Positions 18,874 to 28,737 of a DNA stretch of 64,000 bases are shown here, in pieces; the first letter of the stretch is position 1; the number at the start of each line of letters is the position of its first letter. The notes below the pieces were generated by a model. It was not told where the DNA came from. It did not search any database and saw only the letters and a program-made list of their open reading frames with translations. The stretch covers positions 1,952,001 through 2,016,000 of the forward strand of contig OZ240215.1 in assembly GCA_965197585.1 (NCBI GenBank), in the 5' to 3' direction. The stretch is from Dehalococcoidia bacterium (lineage in GTDB: Bacteria > Chloroflexota > Dehalococcoidia > Plut-88900). A program made the position numbers and the translations under genes.

Positions 18874-19041
18874 CGTTCCCCCCTCAGGGTTGAATTTGCC
18901 CATAGAATATCACGAGGGGCAGCCATTGATAAACTGGTCTTTACTAGCTATGACAGCGCAGGACAGGTCCCAGGTCTTGACACCCTCCTACCCCTTACCT
19001 ATGTTTAACCCTGCCCGCACGCAACAAGGAGGAAGTACATC

Positions 19042-19494
19042 ATGCTTAAAGCCGGAGACCCGGCCCCCGATTTCGAGGCCGTACTAGACAGTGGAGATAA
19101 AGTCTCGCTTAACCAGTTCAAGGGCAAAAACGTGGTCCTCTATTTCTATCCGAAAGACAACACCCCCGGTTGCACGAGGGAAGCATGCGACTTCCGGGAC
19201 AACATCTCGTCCCTGGAAGAGAAGAACACGGTGATCCTCGGCGTGAGCCCCGACAGCGTGAAGTCCCACCAGAAATTCAAGGACAAGTTCGACCTTCCCT
19301 TCCCACTCATCAGCGACGAAGCCAAAGACGTTGCACAGGCCTTCGGTGTTTGGCGGGAAAAGAAGATGTACGGCAAGACCCGTATGGGAATCGTACGTTC
19401 CACCTTCATAATTGGCCCGGATGGGTTGATTGCCAAAGCCTACGACTCCGTCAAAGTCGCCGGCCACGTCGAGGATGTAATCGCCAGTTTGTAA
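19042..19494 (+). CDS. bcp: Thioredoxin-dependent thiol peroxidase Bcp
   Basis: YFYPKDNTPGCTREAC. Confidence 0.96.
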   Translation: MLKAGDPAPDFEAVLDSGDKVSLNQFKGKNVVLYFYPKDNTPGCTREACDFRDNISSLEEKNTVILGVSPDSVKSHQKFKDKFDLPFPLISDEAKDVAQAFGVWREKKMYGKTRMGIVRSTFIIGPDGLIAKAYDSVKVAGHVEDVIASL

Positions 19495-19527
19495 TGGCGC
19501 TGCCTACCCTTTTAATCGGAGGACAAC

Positions 19528-20319
19528 ATGAGACCAAACAAAATTAAACAGTTATGGCGTGAGGGTAAACCCGCTGCAATAGCCTGGGTCGGCAGTGCAG
19601 ACACGTACATGGCTGAGGTCCTGGCCAACGTGGGCCTCGACGCCCTGGTCCTCGACATGCAGCACGGCATGGGCATCGGGCCCGACAGAGCTGCCCAGTG
19701 GTTCCAGGCAGTGAGCACCACCGGCACCGTGCCCTTAGCCCGCGTGCCTTGGAACGACCCGGTGTGGTTCCAGTGGGTGTTGGATGCGGGCGCCTACGGG
19801 ATTATCGTTCCCCTGGTGAACAATGGTGAAGAGGCCGCTAAAGCCGGAATGTCCTGCCGTTACCCGCCAATAGGGTTTCGCAGCATCGGCCCCAATCGGG
19901 CTCCCCTATACGCCGGTTCCGACTATCTTGCCCATGCCAACGAAGAAATCATTTGCCTAGTAATGGTCGAGAACATCAACACCATCCCCAACCTGGAGGA
20001 AATGGCCAAGGCCCCCGGTATCGACGGTTTCTACATCGGCCCCGCCGACCTTGCCATATCCATGGGCGTCGACCCCCGGAAATACCAGGGAAGCAAGGAG
20101 CACGCCGAGGCCTCCCAGAAGGTGTTGGACGTGGCCCGGGCCAACGGGCTGGTTGCTGGGACCCACTGTGGGAGTCCGGAGGAAGCCAAAGAGCGCTTCA
20201 AGCAGGGCTTCGTAATGTGCCCCGCACTTTCTGACGCAAGTCTCATGGCGTCAGCGGCGAGGGACGCCCTGGAAAGAGCAAAGACTCCGGAGGCCGAGGG
20301 AACGAAACCCGTCTACTAG
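19528..20319 (+). CDS. HpcH/HpaI aldolase family protein
   Basis: DMQHG, LDAGAYGIIVP, RYPPIG.R, IGPADL. Confidence 0.92.
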   Translation: MRPNKIKQLWREGKPAAIAWVGSADTYMAEVLANVGLDALVLDMQHGMGIGPDRAAQWFQAVSTTGTVPLARVPWNDPVWFQWVLDAGAYGIIVPLVNNGEEAAKAGMSCRYPPIGFRSIGPNRAPLYAGSDYLAHANEEIICLVMVENINTIPNLEEMAKAPGIDGFYIGPADLAISMGVDPRKYQGSKEHAEASQKVLDVARANGLVAGTHCGSPEEAKERFKQGFVMCPALSDASLMASAARDALERAKTPEAEGTKPVY

Positions 20320-20332
20320 TTCAGAGTGAAAC

Positions 20333-21589
20333 CTAGTTCTTATTGCCTCTGAAGTACCTCTTCCCCGAAGCCAGGGCCACGGGTCCCGCGGCTATGGTAG
20401 CCACTCCGAATGCAGCGAATACCCATGTGTATTCGCCCATACTGTCGAAAGCTACACCTGCCAAGTAGGGGCCCAATATCGCCCCGACGGCATAGGGTGC
20501 TGAAATCATTCCCTGGATAGCCCCGATATGTCCGTGTCCGAACTCGTCAGCCAAGAGTGGATATAGTACCGACCCGAAGGACTGGGCCGATAGTCCATAT
20601 ACAGCGATAAAGAGGCCCAGCGTCCAGGCGCTTTCAACGTTTGCCAGGGCGAGGATGCCGAGCCCCTGCAGAATGTACGATCCCGCCAAAACTATCCGCT
20701 TGTCCAAAACGTCCCCGAGCCAGCCGAACCCCAACTTGGGGATTAGGCCCAGCACCGAGACAACGGCAACTATCTGTCCACCCGTAGTCCTCGAAAGGCC
20801 TTCGGCTTCCAGGTGGGGCAGTATGTGCACCGACACGGAGACTAGCCCAAATATGGCCAATACCTGCCCAAACCCAAGTGCCCAGAATGTCCAAGTGGAC
20901 AGGGCCTGTCGAAGGGTAAAGTCCAAGCCACCATTCCGACTCTGGAGCGGCGTACTAGGTGGCGGTGTATCCAATCCATCGGGGTATAGGCCGTACTGCT
21001 CAGGCTTGTGGCGCAGGGCCATAGAGGTAGGGATACCGACAATTGCGAGGCCGATAGCCGCGGCAATGGAAGCAACACGCCAGTCATAGGTGTCGATACC
21101 CCAGACCAACAGAGGCGCTAACACTCCCCCCACGTTGGAGCCGCCCAGTAGCACTCCATTGGCCTTACCCCGATGTTTACGGAACCAGACCGCAGCAAGA
21201 GCCGGGCCGATGCCCGCAAAGAATATCGTCCATCCTACCGAGAGAACTGCAAAATCCAGGTAGAAGCTCCATGCCGACCGGCTGACAGACAGCAGCAGCA
21301 TCCCCGCCACCCCCAGCCCCGTGGCCAGGAACATAAGCGCCCGTCCGCCAAAACGGTCGAACAGCATCCCAACAAAGACCGAGCCGACCCCCGCCATTCC
21401 CTGCTGCATGGAGAACGCCAGAGAAGTTGATGCGCTCGAAAGCCCGAAGCTCTCCTTCCAGGGGTTGAAGAACGCCGTAAACCCCGATCCCATCACCCCC
21501 GACCAGTAGAAGTTGATGAAGAAGAAGGATATTGCTATCCACCACCCGTAATAGATCCTTGGGCGGCGGGCCGACTGCGCGGTCGACAT
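20333..21589 (-). CDS. MFS transporter
   Basis: About 12 TM segments, YYGWWI start, DRFGGR motif A. Confidence 0.92.
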   Translation of the reverse strand: MSTAQSARRPRIYYGWWIAISFFFINFYWSGVMGSGFTAFFNPWKESFGLSSASTSLAFSMQQGMAGVGSVFVGMLFDRFGGRALMFLATGLGVAGMLLLSVSRSAWSFYLDFAVLSVGWTIFFAGIGPALAAVWFRKHRGKANGVLLGGSNVGGVLAPLLVWGIDTYDWRVASIAAAIGLAIVGIPTSMALRHKPEQYGLYPDGLDTPPPSTPLQSRNGGLDFTLRQALSTWTFWALGFGQVLAIFGLVSVSVHILPHLEAEGLSRTTGGQIVAVVSVLGLIPKLGFGWLGDVLDKRIVLAGSYILQGLGILALANVESAWTLGLFIAVYGLSAQSFGSVLYPLLADEFGHGHIGAIQGMISAPYAVGAILGPYLAGVAFDSMGEYTWVFAAFGVATIAAGPVALASGKRYFRGNKN

Positions 21590-21698
21590 TCGGGATGCCT
21601 CTCCTGGGAGCCTGTCAGTGCCAGGGAAAGTTATCGCGCATCATAGACAGATGCCACGCTGCTCACAAGTGAGGGTAAGGAAAGAGCCGGGGGGTGAT

Positions 21699-22973
21699 TT
21701 AGGTAGGGGCCGGAACGGGATTGCCTGTCCAATATATACGCCGCATGGTTGGGCCTATGCCACTGAACAGTGTCACTGCAAGGAACGCAACGCCTCCGAT
21801 GCTCAGGAGCCAGAACGGGTCGGCGAGTTCCGCCAAAGCGCCATTGCCCAGATTGGCGAAGGACATTATTCCTCCGGCGTGGATTATGTATATGCTCGAT
21901 ATCCGGCCCCTTACCGCGTCCGGGACCATCGATTGCATCATGGTCAAGGTTATAACCATATAGGCCGTCTGCGTCGCTCCCATCACACTGGCTGCGAGCA
22001 TGCCTATCGCCATGTTGGGAGCGACCGCAAGGGCCAACGGGGCTAATGCGCTGAGCACTCCCGCAATTAAGAGCAATCTGCCCCGATACCTCTCCGATCG
22101 AATCCCCGCGAGATAAATGGAAGACACCATTGCCCCCGCCCCTACTGCCATCATCAGGTATCCCACCCCGCTGCCACCCCACCCAAATCTCTCGTCAGAC
22201 AAAACGGGGAGCAATGCTTCGAAGGACATGGTCAGGCCACAGTGGAAGGTTATCAGCAGGACGATCATCGTCAGTGCAGGCCTTCTGTAGACATAGCTGA
22301 ACCCTGCGATCAAGTTTGAAATAAAGCCCTTGCTCGCCTCCATTGCCCCGGTCGAAACCGTGCTGATGCCCAGCACGAGTACTAGGCTCAGTATGAAGGG
22401 TACGTTGCATGCGGCGAAAACCCAGCCAGGTTCAACTGTGGCCAGCAGTGGGGCAATCAGGCCAGGGCCCACGAGCCTCGACGCGTGGAAGGTTGCCGAA
22501 TTGAGGGCGTAGGCGTTGATCATCAGGTCACGGGGGACTAGATTCGCAACTAAGGAGAAGGCTGTCGGGGTCTGCACTGCCCTCGCCGACCCGTTTATGA
22601 ATGACAATGCGACCAGGTGCCACAACTCCAAAGCCCCTGTGAATGCCAGGACGGTCAATGCTACGCATTGAGCCCAGGCCAGCATGAAGGTGAACGCCAG
22701 GACGTGCTTTCTAACGAAGCGATCGGCAAGATAGCCGGCGATAGGCGGAACAATGATGAACGGGATCATGCCCGCGAAGACTACAATCCCGACCCACAGG
22801 TCGCCGTGCTCGTCCGCAATGTCCCGGGCCATCACCGCCCGCACGGTTATCAGCGCCCAAGTTCCCGAGTCCGACAGCAGTATCGCCGTCCAGAGAAACC
22901 GGAAGTCCCGATGACCCAACGCGGGGAAGTATCGCCCGCCAACATTGCGGCTGATGTTGTCTAGAGAAGTCAA
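21699..22973 (-). CDS. MFS transporter (MFS_3-like)
   Basis: DFRFLW, GYLADRF, VRGRISS. Confidence 0.9.
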   Translation of the reverse strand: MTSLDNISRNVGGRYFPALGHRDFRFLWTAILLSDSGTWALITVRAVMARDIADEHGDLWVGIVVFAGMIPFIIVPPIAGYLADRFVRKHVLAFTFMLAWAQCVALTVLAFTGALELWHLVALSFINGSARAVQTPTAFSLVANLVPRDLMINAYALNSATFHASRLVGPGLIAPLLATVEPGWVFAACNVPFILSLVLVLGISTVSTGAMEASKGFISNLIAGFSYVYRRPALTMIVLLITFHCGLTMSFEALLPVLSDERFGWGGSGVGYLMMAVGAGAMVSSIYLAGIRSERYRGRLLLIAGVLSALAPLALAVAPNMAIGMLAASVMGATQTAYMVITLTMMQSMVPDAVRGRISSIYIIHAGGIMSFANLGNGALAELADPFWLLSIGGVAFLAVTLFSGIGPTMRRIYWTGNPVPAPT

Positions 22974-23010
22974 ATGCCCCGGACTCGCTGCGGGCCTAAA
23001 TCACTAATGT

Positions 23011-23511
23011 CTATTGTCTTCCCCAGCCGGGATTATTGCCGCGCATGCGGGCCAGCCAGTCGTCCCGCTTCTCGGGAGTGAATATCTCTGCGGAGGCCTC
23101 ACTCATCACTCCCTCGGTTAAATCTATCCGCTTGTCAGCCCCGGCCAGAGTCAGCATACCCGACACTGAATACTTACCGTATGTCCGGTGCTCTCCCTCG
23201 AACCTTCCACCGACAATCAGAGTCTCTAACCCCGAGTTCATGATCGCCCCGCAGCACATGGGGCAGCACTCGAAGGTCACGTACATCGTGCATCCGGCCA
23301 GGTACGGGCTCCCGATATTGGCCGCGGCGTTCCGTATGGCCAAGAGCTCGGCGTGGGCCGTGGGGTCGCAGTCGACCATGACCCGCGGCTCGCTCTGCCC
23401 GATGATCTCACCGTCCTTCAAAATAATCGCCGCTACCGGCACGTCCCCGTGGGACTCGGCTGTCCGGGCCAACTCCAGGGCCTGTTCCATCACTCTTTCG
23501 TCTATCTCCAC
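23011..23511 (-). CDS. Zn-dependent nucleoside deaminase (TadA/guanine deaminase-like)
   Basis: DPTAHAE and ECCPMC motifs. Confidence 0.88.
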   Translation of the reverse strand: MEIDERVMEQALELARTAESHGDVPVAAIILKDGEIIGQSEPRVMVDCDPTAHAELLAIRNAAANIGSPYLAGCTMYVTFECCPMCCGAIMNSGLETLIVGGRFEGEHRTYGKYSVSGMLTLAGADKRIDLTEGVMSEASAEIFTPEKRDDWLARMRGNNPGWGRQ

Positions 23512-23520
23512 ATTCGCCTC

Positions 23521-24042
23521 CTATGACCAGAAACGGTCGCAGTACTCTTCCAGGGAATCCCTGGTGCTGGGGAAGGCCAAATCATCCCACGGGATTTCGT
23601 CTCGATCGAAAAAGCCGATGCTTATGGATTCGTCCAAGGCTCGGGGCTCTCCCTCAACTATCGTCCCCGCGTATACGATTATCACCACCGGCGAGCCTTC
23701 GTAGGAATAAGCTCCAATAAGCCCGTCTATCGAGACCTTGATCCCAGCCTCTTCCATGGACTCACGTGCGGCCGCGCCTTCCAGAGTCTCGCCGGCGTCC
23801 ACAAAACCGCCGGGGAACACCCACTTCCCGTAAGCGGGCTCGATTCCCCGCCTAAGCAACACCAGCTTCCCATCAGACCTCACAATCGCCCCCGACGCAA
23901 CTCTCGGGTTCAAATACTGGATATATCCGCAGGCTTCACAGACCAGTCTCTCGGGCTCCCCCTCCTTGACCAGCTTCAACCCAAGCCGACCCCCGCAACG
24001 AATGCAGAACTTGTATCCTGAGTGTTTGTGGTCGTGCGGCAT
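23521..24042 (-). CDS. NUDIX hydrolase with N-terminal zinc ribbon
   Basis: CxxCG...CxxC; GGFVDAGETLEGAAARESMEEAG. Confidence 0.92.
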   Translation of the reverse strand: MPHDHKHSGYKFCIRCGGRLGLKLVKEGEPERLVCEACGYIQYLNPRVASGAIVRSDGKLVLLRRGIEPAYGKWVFPGGFVDAGETLEGAAARESMEEAGIKVSIDGLIGAYSYEGSPVVIIVYAGTIVEGEPRALDESISIGFFDRDEIPWDDLAFPSTRDSLEEYCDRFWS

Positions 24043-24194
24043 GGAGTCTTTAATCAGTGTGTCCAGTCCGGCTAAGGAGGACAGAAATGACACTTGGGGA
24101 CGCTGAATTGGCTAGAGTTCCGCCGATTATAGCAAACACCCATGTCGGGGATTCGAGGGAGGGTCAAGGAAGCGAGGGTTCCTTACGCCGATGA

Positions 24195-24584
24195 TCACCC
24201 AAGACCCGGCAAGCGCTTAACATGCTCTTCAAGCCACACGTTCAATTCCGCGAACCGGAATGAATGTGACTCGAACAGATGCATGAAGAAGGCATACACT
24301 TCTTCGTTGCCACAGTCGATGAAGTGTCTGTTAAGGCGTAGAAAAGCATCCGTAACAGCGAACGCTACCCGCTTGTTGCCGTCTATGAAGGGATGGTTCA
24401 TAGCCAAACTCTCCATCATCGCGGCTCCTTCCTGGATGAGGCCATCGTAATAACCGATCTGAGGCCGCATCAGCGCCGAGGCCAATGCCCCCTCGTCACG
24501 TAGCCCCTGTGCGCCTCCATGCTCGCGGATCAAGAGATCATGTGTAGCTATGACGTCCTCAATGGAAGGATAACTATGGGTCAT
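24195..24584 (-). CDS. doc: Doc/Fic family toxin
   Basis: HPFIDGNKR Doc motif. Confidence 0.92.
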   Translation of the reverse strand: MTHSYPSIEDVIATHDLLIREHGGAQGLRDEGALASALMRPQIGYYDGLIQEGAAMMESLAMNHPFIDGNKRVAFAVTDAFLRLNRHFIDCGNEEVYAFFMHLFESHSFRFAELNVWLEEHVKRLPGLG

Positions 24585-24808
24585 TGGGCGAGCAATTCAA
24601 GAAGACGGCGATTTCGCTCCATGCTCGCCCTGGCGTGGGCCATGAACACCGGGTTGGGTTTCTGCCGATCCCTGTTGGTGATATATTCCCGCAAAGCGTC
24701 CTCCAGTACTACTTGGAACTGACGCCCTTCCTTGCGAGCGATCTCACGCATAGCATTCAACAACTCTGGAGAGGCCTGACTTGAGAATTTCTCTCGAGAC
24801 GCAACCAT
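24581..24808 (-). CDS. Antitoxin partner of Doc (RHH-like)
   Basis: 75 aa, ATGA overlap with doc, C-terminal N..LL..LA helix typical of Doc antitoxins. Confidence 0.75.
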   Translation of the reverse strand: MVASREKFSSQASPELLNAMREIARKEGRQFQVVLEDALREYITNRDRQKPNPVFMAHARASMERNRRLLELLAQ

Positions 24809-24850
24809 TTCACATTTCTCCTCTGTATGGTCCCCCCATTTTGTCGCCAT

Positions 24851-24892
24851 GCATCAATCATTGTCAAGAAACATCTTGATGTAAATTGATGC
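24851..24892. promoter_or_regulatory. Nested inverted repeat, likely TA operator overlapping a minus-strand TTGACA
   Basis: gcatcaat...tcaaga-aaca-tcttga...attgatgc. Confidence 0.55.
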
Positions 24893-24903
24893 CAGCCACT
24901 TCC

Positions 24904-26427
24904 TTACCCCAGCCCCCGAGGCCGGTACTGTACTGCCTCAGCGACATGTGCAATCTCTATGCCCTCTGATCCAGACAGGTCCGCTATTGTCCTCGACAGC
25001 TTCAATATCCGGTGAAATCCCCGCGCCGATAGCTGAAGCTGCTGCGTCGCCTGTTGAAGCAAGCCGCGAGCCCCATCTTCCAAAGTGCAGACGTCCTTCA
25101 CCTGCGCGGCTCCCATGTCCGCGTTGCAGGCCAGGCCACTCCCTTCGAACCGGGCAATCTGGCGGCCTCGAGCCTCTTCCACCCTACGTCTCGCCTGTTG
25201 TGACGCCTCCGCGTCATCCGTATTCATCAACTTTTCGTAGTCGACTCTCGGCACTTCCACAAACATGTCGATACGGTCCAAAAGCGGTCCACTGATCCGT
25301 TTCTGATATCGGGACACGAGCCCCGGCGCGCAGGTGCACTCCCTGATCGTGTCTCCGTAGAATCCGCAGGGACATGGATTCATGGCAGCGACCATCATAA
25401 AATTTGCCGGAAAAGTGACCGTTCCCTGGGCACGGCTGATGGTTACCACCTTGTCTTCAATAGGCTGGCGAAGCACTTCCAACGTATTCCGTCCGAATTC
25501 GGGCAGCTCGTCAAGGAACAGCACTCCCCGATGGCTCAGGCTTATCTCCCCAGGCCCGGGTCTCCGACCTCCTCCCACCAGACCCGCATGAGAGATGGTG
25601 TAGTGAGGCGATCGGAAGGGCCTCTGTCTCATGAGTGCCGTGTCCGATTGAAGCATCCCGCTCACGCTGTATATCTTCGTCACTTCCAGCGCCTCGTCGG
25701 AAGACATCTTGGGCAAGAGGGAGGGTAGTGACCGGGCTAACATTGTCTTGCCGCTTCCCGGCGGGCCTGTCATCAGGATGTTGTGGCCTCCTGCCGCTGC
25801 AATCTCCAAAGCCCGCTTGGCATGCTCCTGCCCCTTGATGTGGGCAAAGTCCGATTCGAAGAATTGCGGCTCCTCGTCGCCGGAATCGGCCTCATCTTCA
25901 TGATGGGCAGCCATGGGTACGTCACCTCTAAGGTGGTTTACGAGGGCTGGCAGCGTTGTCACGGGGAAAATGTCTATGCCGTCCACAACAGCCGCTTCCG
26001 CCTTGTCGTGGTCGGGCACGTAAACTCCGCGGAAACCCTTGTCCTTGGCGATGCCCACCATTGGCAGGACTCCGTGGGTGTGCCTGACCGACCCCTCCAG
26101 CGAGAGTTCACCAAGGAAGATAACGTCGGAGGCATCAGTCTCTACCTGCCCGGAGCTCATCAGAATCCCGACGGCAATGGGCAGGTCGTAGGCAGGGCCT
26201 TCTTTTCGCAGATCGGCAGGGGCCAGGTTGACGGTAATCCGCTTCATCGGGAACTGGTACCCCGAGTTTCGGATCGCCGCCCTTACTCTCTCACGAGACT
26301 CCTGTACTGCCGTGTCCGGCAGCCCGACTATCGTGAATGTCGGCAGCCCCGGAGAGATGTCTATCTCTACTTCAATTATGGCCCCTTCCAGGCCAACAAC
26401 CGCGCAGCTTCTAACCCTTGCCAGCAT
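24904..26427 (-). CDS. comM: YifB/ComM Mg-chelatase-like AAA+ ATPase
   Basis: GLPDTAVQESRERV, GPPGSGKT, FLDELPEF, NPCPCG. Confidence 0.95.
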   Translation of the reverse strand: MLARVRSCAVVGLEGAIIEVEIDISPGLPTFTIVGLPDTAVQESRERVRAAIRNSGYQFPMKRITVNLAPADLRKEGPAYDLPIAVGILMSSGQVETDASDVIFLGELSLEGSVRHTHGVLPMVGIAKDKGFRGVYVPDHDKAEAAVVDGIDIFPVTTLPALVNHLRGDVPMAAHHEDEADSGDEEPQFFESDFAHIKGQEHAKRALEIAAAGGHNILMTGPPGSGKTMLARSLPSLLPKMSSDEALEVTKIYSVSGMLQSDTALMRQRPFRSPHYTISHAGLVGGGRRPGPGEISLSHRGVLFLDELPEFGRNTLEVLRQPIEDKVVTISRAQGTVTFPANFMMVAAMNPCPCGFYGDTIRECTCAPGLVSRYQKRISGPLLDRIDMFVEVPRVDYEKLMNTDDAEASQQARRRVEEARGRQIARFEGSGLACNADMGAAQVKDVCTLEDGARGLLQQATQQLQLSARGFHRILKLSRTIADLSGSEGIEIAHVAEAVQYRPRGLG

Positions 26428-26443
26428 TAGTGCAGGGGACTCT

Positions 26444-27349
26444 TTAATCCGAGTCCGTGCTCTGCGCCCTCACTTGGACCCCCGCCCTCTCCTCTATGAT
26501 CAGGTCTGTTGAAGTGAAATTCCTGTTGCCCCAGCCCCGATCCATAGCCTCCAGCTGGATCTGTTCCGCTATGCTGGACAAAGGCATCGGGGCCCGCACC
26601 TCGCGTGCCAGCTGTATCGCCAAAGAAGTATCCTTCTGCGACAGCTTAAGTGCAAAGCTCGCAGGATCGAACTTGCCCGCCAGCAGATCGCCCTCCAAAC
26701 CACCGACAGGAGATCGGGCATACATACCCCCGCCTACTGCCTTCAGAAGGGTCTCGGCGTCCACGCCGGCCTTGACGCCCATGGTCATCCCTTCCAGCAC
26801 TACCATCCGGGTCGCCGCACCCATGACGTTGTGGACCAGTTTACATACCGAGCCGTTCCCTATACCGCCCGTGTACAGGATGTTGGCGCCCAGGTGGTCA
26901 AGCAGGGGCTTCACTCTATCGAAGATCTCCTTGTCTCCGCCGATCATTATTATCATCGTCCGGTTTGTTGCCCCGACCTCGCCACCGCTAACCGGGGCAT
27001 CCAAGACGTGAGCGCCCTTCTCCCTGAACGCCGGGTACATCCTCCGGGCGAGGGACGGGGAGATGCTGGACAAGTCCACGTATACGGAGTCCTTGGAGAT
27101 CCCATCCAGGATGCTGTCGGGGCCGAAAGCCACAGCTTCTACCTCTACGGGGCCGGGAAGGGAACTCAGGATAATTTCGCTGCCCTCCGCAGCCTCCCGA
27201 GGCGTGGCTGCCCAGTCGGCCCCCATCTCCTCCAGTGGCCGTACCGCCTCCCGATTGACGTCGTTGACCTTAAGCTTGTAGCCGTCTTCCAAAAGATTGC
27301 GCGCCATCGGCCCACCCATAGTCCCTACACCAATAAAGCCCAAGTTCAT
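26444..27349 (-). CDS. NAD(P)-dependent beta-hydroxyacid (3-hydroxyisobutyrate-like) dehydrogenase
   Basis: GFIGVGTMG, DAPVSGG, KLVHN, KD motifs. Confidence 0.92.
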   Translation of the reverse strand: MNLGFIGVGTMGGPMARNLLEDGYKLKVNDVNREAVRPLEEMGADWAATPREAAEGSEIILSSLPGPVEVEAVAFGPDSILDGISKDSVYVDLSSISPSLARRMYPAFREKGAHVLDAPVSGGEVGATNRTMIIMIGGDKEIFDRVKPLLDHLGANILYTGGIGNGSVCKLVHNVMGAATRMVVLEGMTMGVKAGVDAETLLKAVGGGMYARSPVGGLEGDLLAGKFDPASFALKLSQKDTSLAIQLAREVRAPMPLSSIAEQIQLEAMDRGWGNRNFTSTDLIIEERAGVQVRAQSTDSD

Positions 27350-27503
27350 ATCAAGCACTCCTACTAGGAATAATCGGCCGTCCACCCGACTCTACGAGCC
27401 GCCATTATAGCAATGACACATCCGCTTGACACCTTGTGAACCACGGTCTAGCCTCCCCATTAGTCGGGCCAATGGTTATTGCAGATGGAGATTGGGGGCA
27501 GTC

Positions 27504-28622
27504 ATGACCAGAAGTGGATTCAAAGTAATGGACTCCGACATGCACGTGATCGAGCCCATAGACCTGTGGCAGACATACATGGATCCCGCCTTTCGGGACC
27601 GGGCGCCGAAGGGCGTCACCCGATTCCAGGGCGACATGATGATGGAGGTGAGCGGGAAGAACGTACCATACTGGATGCCCAGCAAGCGCTACTTTGATTG
27701 GCAAAAGCAGACGGCAGAAGACCAGGACGCCGCCTACAAATACTCTTACGAGCGGAATTGGAACTCGGCTACCCAGGTACGGGCCATGGACATAGAGGGA
27801 TTGGACGTCGCTTTTCTCTACCCCAGCCGCGGACTCTACACCCTAGCCGTAGACGGCATGGACCCCGATCTCGGGGCGGCTATTGCCACAGCCTACAACC
27901 GATGGATGCACGAATTCTGCTCCATTGCACCCGACCGCATGTACGGCGCTTCTATGGTGTCCGCATTTGATGCGGAAACAGCCGTCGCCGAGGCCCGTGC
28001 CAGCGTCAGGGACCAGGGCCTCAAGGCGATTTTCATGAGGCCCAACATCGTGAATGGACGCAACTGGCATGATTCCTACTACGACCCTCTTTGGGCCGAG
28101 ATAGAGTCTCTGGGCGTTCCATTAGGTTTTCACGAAGGGGCTAGTGCGCGCTTGCCGCAAATTGGCGACAGGTTCGAGACCTATATGATGCATCACACCG
28201 TCTGCCACCCCATGAACATGATGCTGGCTGTTGTCAGTTTCATAGGAGGTGGTGTGCTGGAGCGGTTCCCGAAGCTGAACGTCGGTTTCCTCGAGGCGAA
28301 TTGCGGTTGGGCGCCCTGGCTTGTCTGGAGGCTCGATGAACACTACGAGCTCGTCGGCCGCTTCGAGTCTCCGGAACTCAAGCGCGAGCCCAAAGACTAT
28401 TTCTTGAGCCAGTGTTTCGTATCGGTGGAGGCCGACGAAACCCCGGCTACCTTCGTGGAGACTTCGGGCCTTAGCAGCACGGTCGTGTTCTCCACCGATT
28501 ACCCCCATAACGACTCAAAGTTCCCGAAGGCGACCGATATGTTCCTGGAAATGCCCCTGTCCGAGGAATTCAAGCGCATGATCCTGTGGGACAACTGCGC
28601 CCGAATGTACAACTTCAACTGA
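27504..28622 (+). CDS. Amidohydrolase family protein
   Basis: MDSDMH, GFHE, LEANCGW, STDYPH. Confidence 0.93.
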   Translation: MTRSGFKVMDSDMHVIEPIDLWQTYMDPAFRDRAPKGVTRFQGDMMMEVSGKNVPYWMPSKRYFDWQKQTAEDQDAAYKYSYERNWNSATQVRAMDIEGLDVAFLYPSRGLYTLAVDGMDPDLGAAIATAYNRWMHEFCSIAPDRMYGASMVSAFDAETAVAEARASVRDQGLKAIFMRPNIVNGRNWHDSYYDPLWAEIESLGVPLGFHEGASARLPQIGDRFETYMMHHTVCHPMNMMLAVVSFIGGGVLERFPKLNVGFLEANCGWAPWLVWRLDEHYELVGRFESPELKREPKDYFLSQCFVSVEADETPATFVETSGLSSTVVFSTDYPHNDSKFPKATDMFLEMPLSEEFKRMILWDNCARMYNFN

Positions 28623-28737
28623 GCACGCCAAGCAACTCCGATTCGTAGTATGCTATGCGGCAACGTCGGCTCAACTCCGAGTTAGAGCAGGCAATACGGA
28701 GACCACATTACCGAGACGAGAGGAGGTCGGACAGCAA